In this document: positions 61,501 to 64,000 of the stretch, in pieces
How positions within the stretch are numbered: position 1 is the first letter of the stretch
Layout of the letters: each line of letters starts with the position of its first letter
DNA from: Mustelus asterias
Lineage: Eukaryota
DNA: 64,000 nucleotides
Assembly (NCBI RefSeq): GCF_964213995.1
Contig: NC_135804.1
Span: forward strand, 2,976,001-3,040,000
Direction: 5' to 3'
Made by a program: the position numbers and the translations under genes
The notes under the pieces: model-generated
The model's database searches: none
What the model was told of the DNA's origin: nothing
The model's input: the letters and a program-made list of their open reading frames with translations, nothing else

Positions 61501-63474
61501 CCCCCCCTCCTCCCTGCCCTGCCCCCCTCTCTCCGCCCTGCCACCTCCCTGCCCGGGCCCGCCCCCTCCCTGCCCGGGCCCGCCCCCTCCCTGCATGGGC
61601 CTGCCCGGGCCCGTCCCCTCCCTGCCCGGGTCCCGTCCCCTCCCTGCCCGGGCCCGTCCCCTCCCCGCCCGGGCCCGTCCCCTCCCTGCCCGGGTCCCGT
61701 CCCGGGTCCCGTCCCCTCCCCCCGCCCGGGGTGTCCCCGCCCCCCTCCCCCACCCGGGGCCCGCCCCCTCCCCCCACCCGGGGCCAGCCCCCTTCCCCCG
61801 CCCGGGGCCCGCCCCCCCCTACCCTGCCCCGGGGGCCCACCCCCCCTCCCCTGCCCGGGGCCTGCCCCACCCGGGGCCCGCCCCCTCCCCCGCCCGGGGC
61901 CCGCCCCCTCCCCCGCCCGGGGCCCCGCTCCTCCCCCGCCCGGGGCCCGCCTCCTCCCCCCGCCCGGGGCCCGCCCCTCCCCCGCCCTGGGCCCGCCCCC
62001 CTCCCCCGCCCTGGGCCCCGCCCCTCTCCCCGCCCTGGGCCCGCCCCCCTCCCCCGCCTGGGCCCGCCCCCTCCCCCGCCCTGGGCCCCGCCCCTCCCCC
62101 GCCCTGGGCCCGCCCCCTCCCCCCGCCCTGGGCCCGCCCCCTCCCCCCGCCCTGGGCCCGCCCCCTCCCCCCCCGCCCTGGGCCCGCCCCCTCCCCCGCC
62201 CTGGGCCCGCCCCCTCCCCCGTCCTGGGCCCGCCCCCTCCCCCCGCCCTGGGCCCGCCCCCTCCCCCGCCCCCTCCCCGCCCTGGGCCCGCCCCCTCCCC
62301 CGCCCTGGGCCCGCCCCCCTCCCCCGCCCCCTCCCCCGCCCCCTCCCCCGCCCTGGGCCCGCCCCCTCGCCCGCCCCCTCCCCTGCCCCGGGCCCGCCCC
62401 CTCCCCCGCCCCGGGCCCGCCCCCTCCCCCGCACCGGGCCTGCCCCCGCCCCGGGCCCGCCCCCTCCCCCGCCCCGGGCCCGCCCCCTCCCCCGCCCCGG
62501 GCCCGCCCCCTCGCCCGCCCGGGCCCGCCCGCCCGGGGCCCGCCCCCTCGCCCGCCCGGGGCCCGCCCACCCGGGGCCCGCCCCCTAGCCCGCCCGGGGC
62601 CCGCCCCCTAGCCCGCCCGGGGCCCGCCCCTAGCCCGCCCGGGGCCCGCCCCCTAGCCCGCCCGGGGCCCGCCCCCTAGCCCGCCCGGGGCCCGCCCCCT
62701 CGCCCGCCCGGGGCCCGCCCCCTCGCCCGCCCGGGGCCCGCCCCCTCGCCCGCCCGGGGCCCGCCCCCTCGCCCACCCGGGGCCCGCCCCCTCGCCCGCC
62801 CGGGGCCCGCCCCCTCGCCCGCCCGGGGCCCGCCCCCTCGCCCGCCCGGGGCCCCCCCCCTCGCCCGCCCGGGGCCCGCCCCCTCGCCCGCCCGGGGCCC
62901 GCCCCCTCGCCCACCCCCTCGCCCGCCCGGGGCCCGCCCCCTCGCCCGCCCGGGGCCCGCACGCCCGGGGCCCGCCCCCTTGCCCGCCCAGGGCCCGCCC
63001 CCTTGCCCGCCCGGGGCCCGCCCCCTTGCCCGCCCGGGGCCCGCCCCCTTGCCCGCCCGGGGCCCGCCCCCTTGCCCGCCCGGGGCCCGCCCCCTTGCCC
63101 GCCCGGGGCCCGCCCCCTTGCCCGCCCGGGGCCCGCCCCCTTGCCCGCCCGGGGCCCGCCCCCTTGCCCGCCCGGGGCCCGCCCCCTTGCCCGCCCGGGG
63201 CCCGCCCCCTTGCCCGCCCGGGGCCCGCCCCCTTGCCCGCCCGGGGCCCGCCCCCTTGCCCGCCCGGGGCCCGCCCCCTCGCCCGCCCGGGGCCCGCCCC
63301 CTCGCCCGCCCGGGGCCCGTCCCCTCGCCCGCCCGGGGCCAGACCCCACCCGGGCCCGCGCGCCCCCCCCTCCCCACCCAGGCGCGCCCTCCGCCCCTCC
63401 CAGGCCCCACCCCCACTCTATCCCCCTTTCCCCGGCGCCTCCCCCCTCCCCGCCTCCACCCCACCCCCACACAC
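61501..63474. repeat. ~2-kb GC-rich minisatellite with 21-23 bp units
   Basis: Units CCGGGCCCGYCCCCTCCCTGC (21 bp) at the left and GCCCGCCCGGGGCCCGCCCCCTN (23 bp) at the right; C-rich + strand, very few A; catca at both flanks. Confidence 0.95.
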
Positions 63475-64000
63475 CATCAACTGAGTTCAACTAACTCTGC
63501 CTAGAGCAGGGATTGAACCTGAGATTGATGTGATCTGTTGAAGAGAGAAAAATGTAGAAACCAAAAATATCGTCAAGAATGAATTGTCCATTTTCGAAGA
63601 TTGTCTATTGGCTGTTCCAGCTCTTTGGCAGAGCTATCTGATTACCAGCCCCACCCTCATGCATTTTAGCAATTTATTTTCAGAAGTCACTAATAGCTGT
63701 TATCTGCTTTCAGGCAATGTGTTCCAGAGCACAATAACTGGCTGTTCAAAATAATTTTTCTCCCCTTCCCACGCTGGTGTTTTGTCATGCTTGTTCAGCC
63801 ACTTTATAAGACATTATGAATCAGCCACACATGTTTGGTCCAGATCCCCACATACCCATGGCTTGGTTAGTAATTTCCCTTTGCTGAAGGGCCTTAGTGA
63901 AGTTACTGGGCTTTTTATAACATCTGACAGCTTTCCTTGTCCTTTTTGTGCTGCTAGCACACAACATTTCAGATTTGTGTAATTGGTTTGCACAACCTCC

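Noticed and set aside
61425-63504. Long Pro/Gly/Arg/Ala-rich ORFs on both strands (up to 387 aa)
   Set aside because: They result from a nearly A/T-free tandem repeat that lacks stop codons in most frames; they have no domain content.
1-64000. CRISPR arrays, operons, rRNA or prokaryotic defence systems
   Set aside because: No repeat-spacer structure or dense gene organisation; the content is vertebrate retroelement DNA.

Overview
Eukaryotic, repeat-dense DNA with no recognisable host protein-coding gene. The repeat families present (HE1/V-SINEs with CR1/HER1 tails, Deu-domain SINEs, several CR1 lineages, Rex1/Babar, L2, Penelope-like elements) point to a cartilaginous fish, most likely a shark; this is an inference. 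Nearly all long ORFs in the track are retroelement RT, endonuclease or GIY-YIG remnants, or artefacts of a 2-kb GC minisatellite. The main observations are: (1) minimal hammerhead-ribozyme motifs in Penelope-like (PLE) termini, with a compensated U3:A8 core; (2) five short foldback PLE-terminus insertions with 9-13 bp target-site duplications (TSDs); (3) three local inverted-repeat pairs of non-annotated DNA and one ~28-kb-distant short direct copy; (4) an end-to-end hAT element with TIRs and an 8-bp TSD; (5) a G4-prone 21-23 bp minisatellite; (6) one strong-signal candidate microexon. I found no clearly new multi-gene system. Boundaries of old, decayed repeats were read by eye and are approximate.
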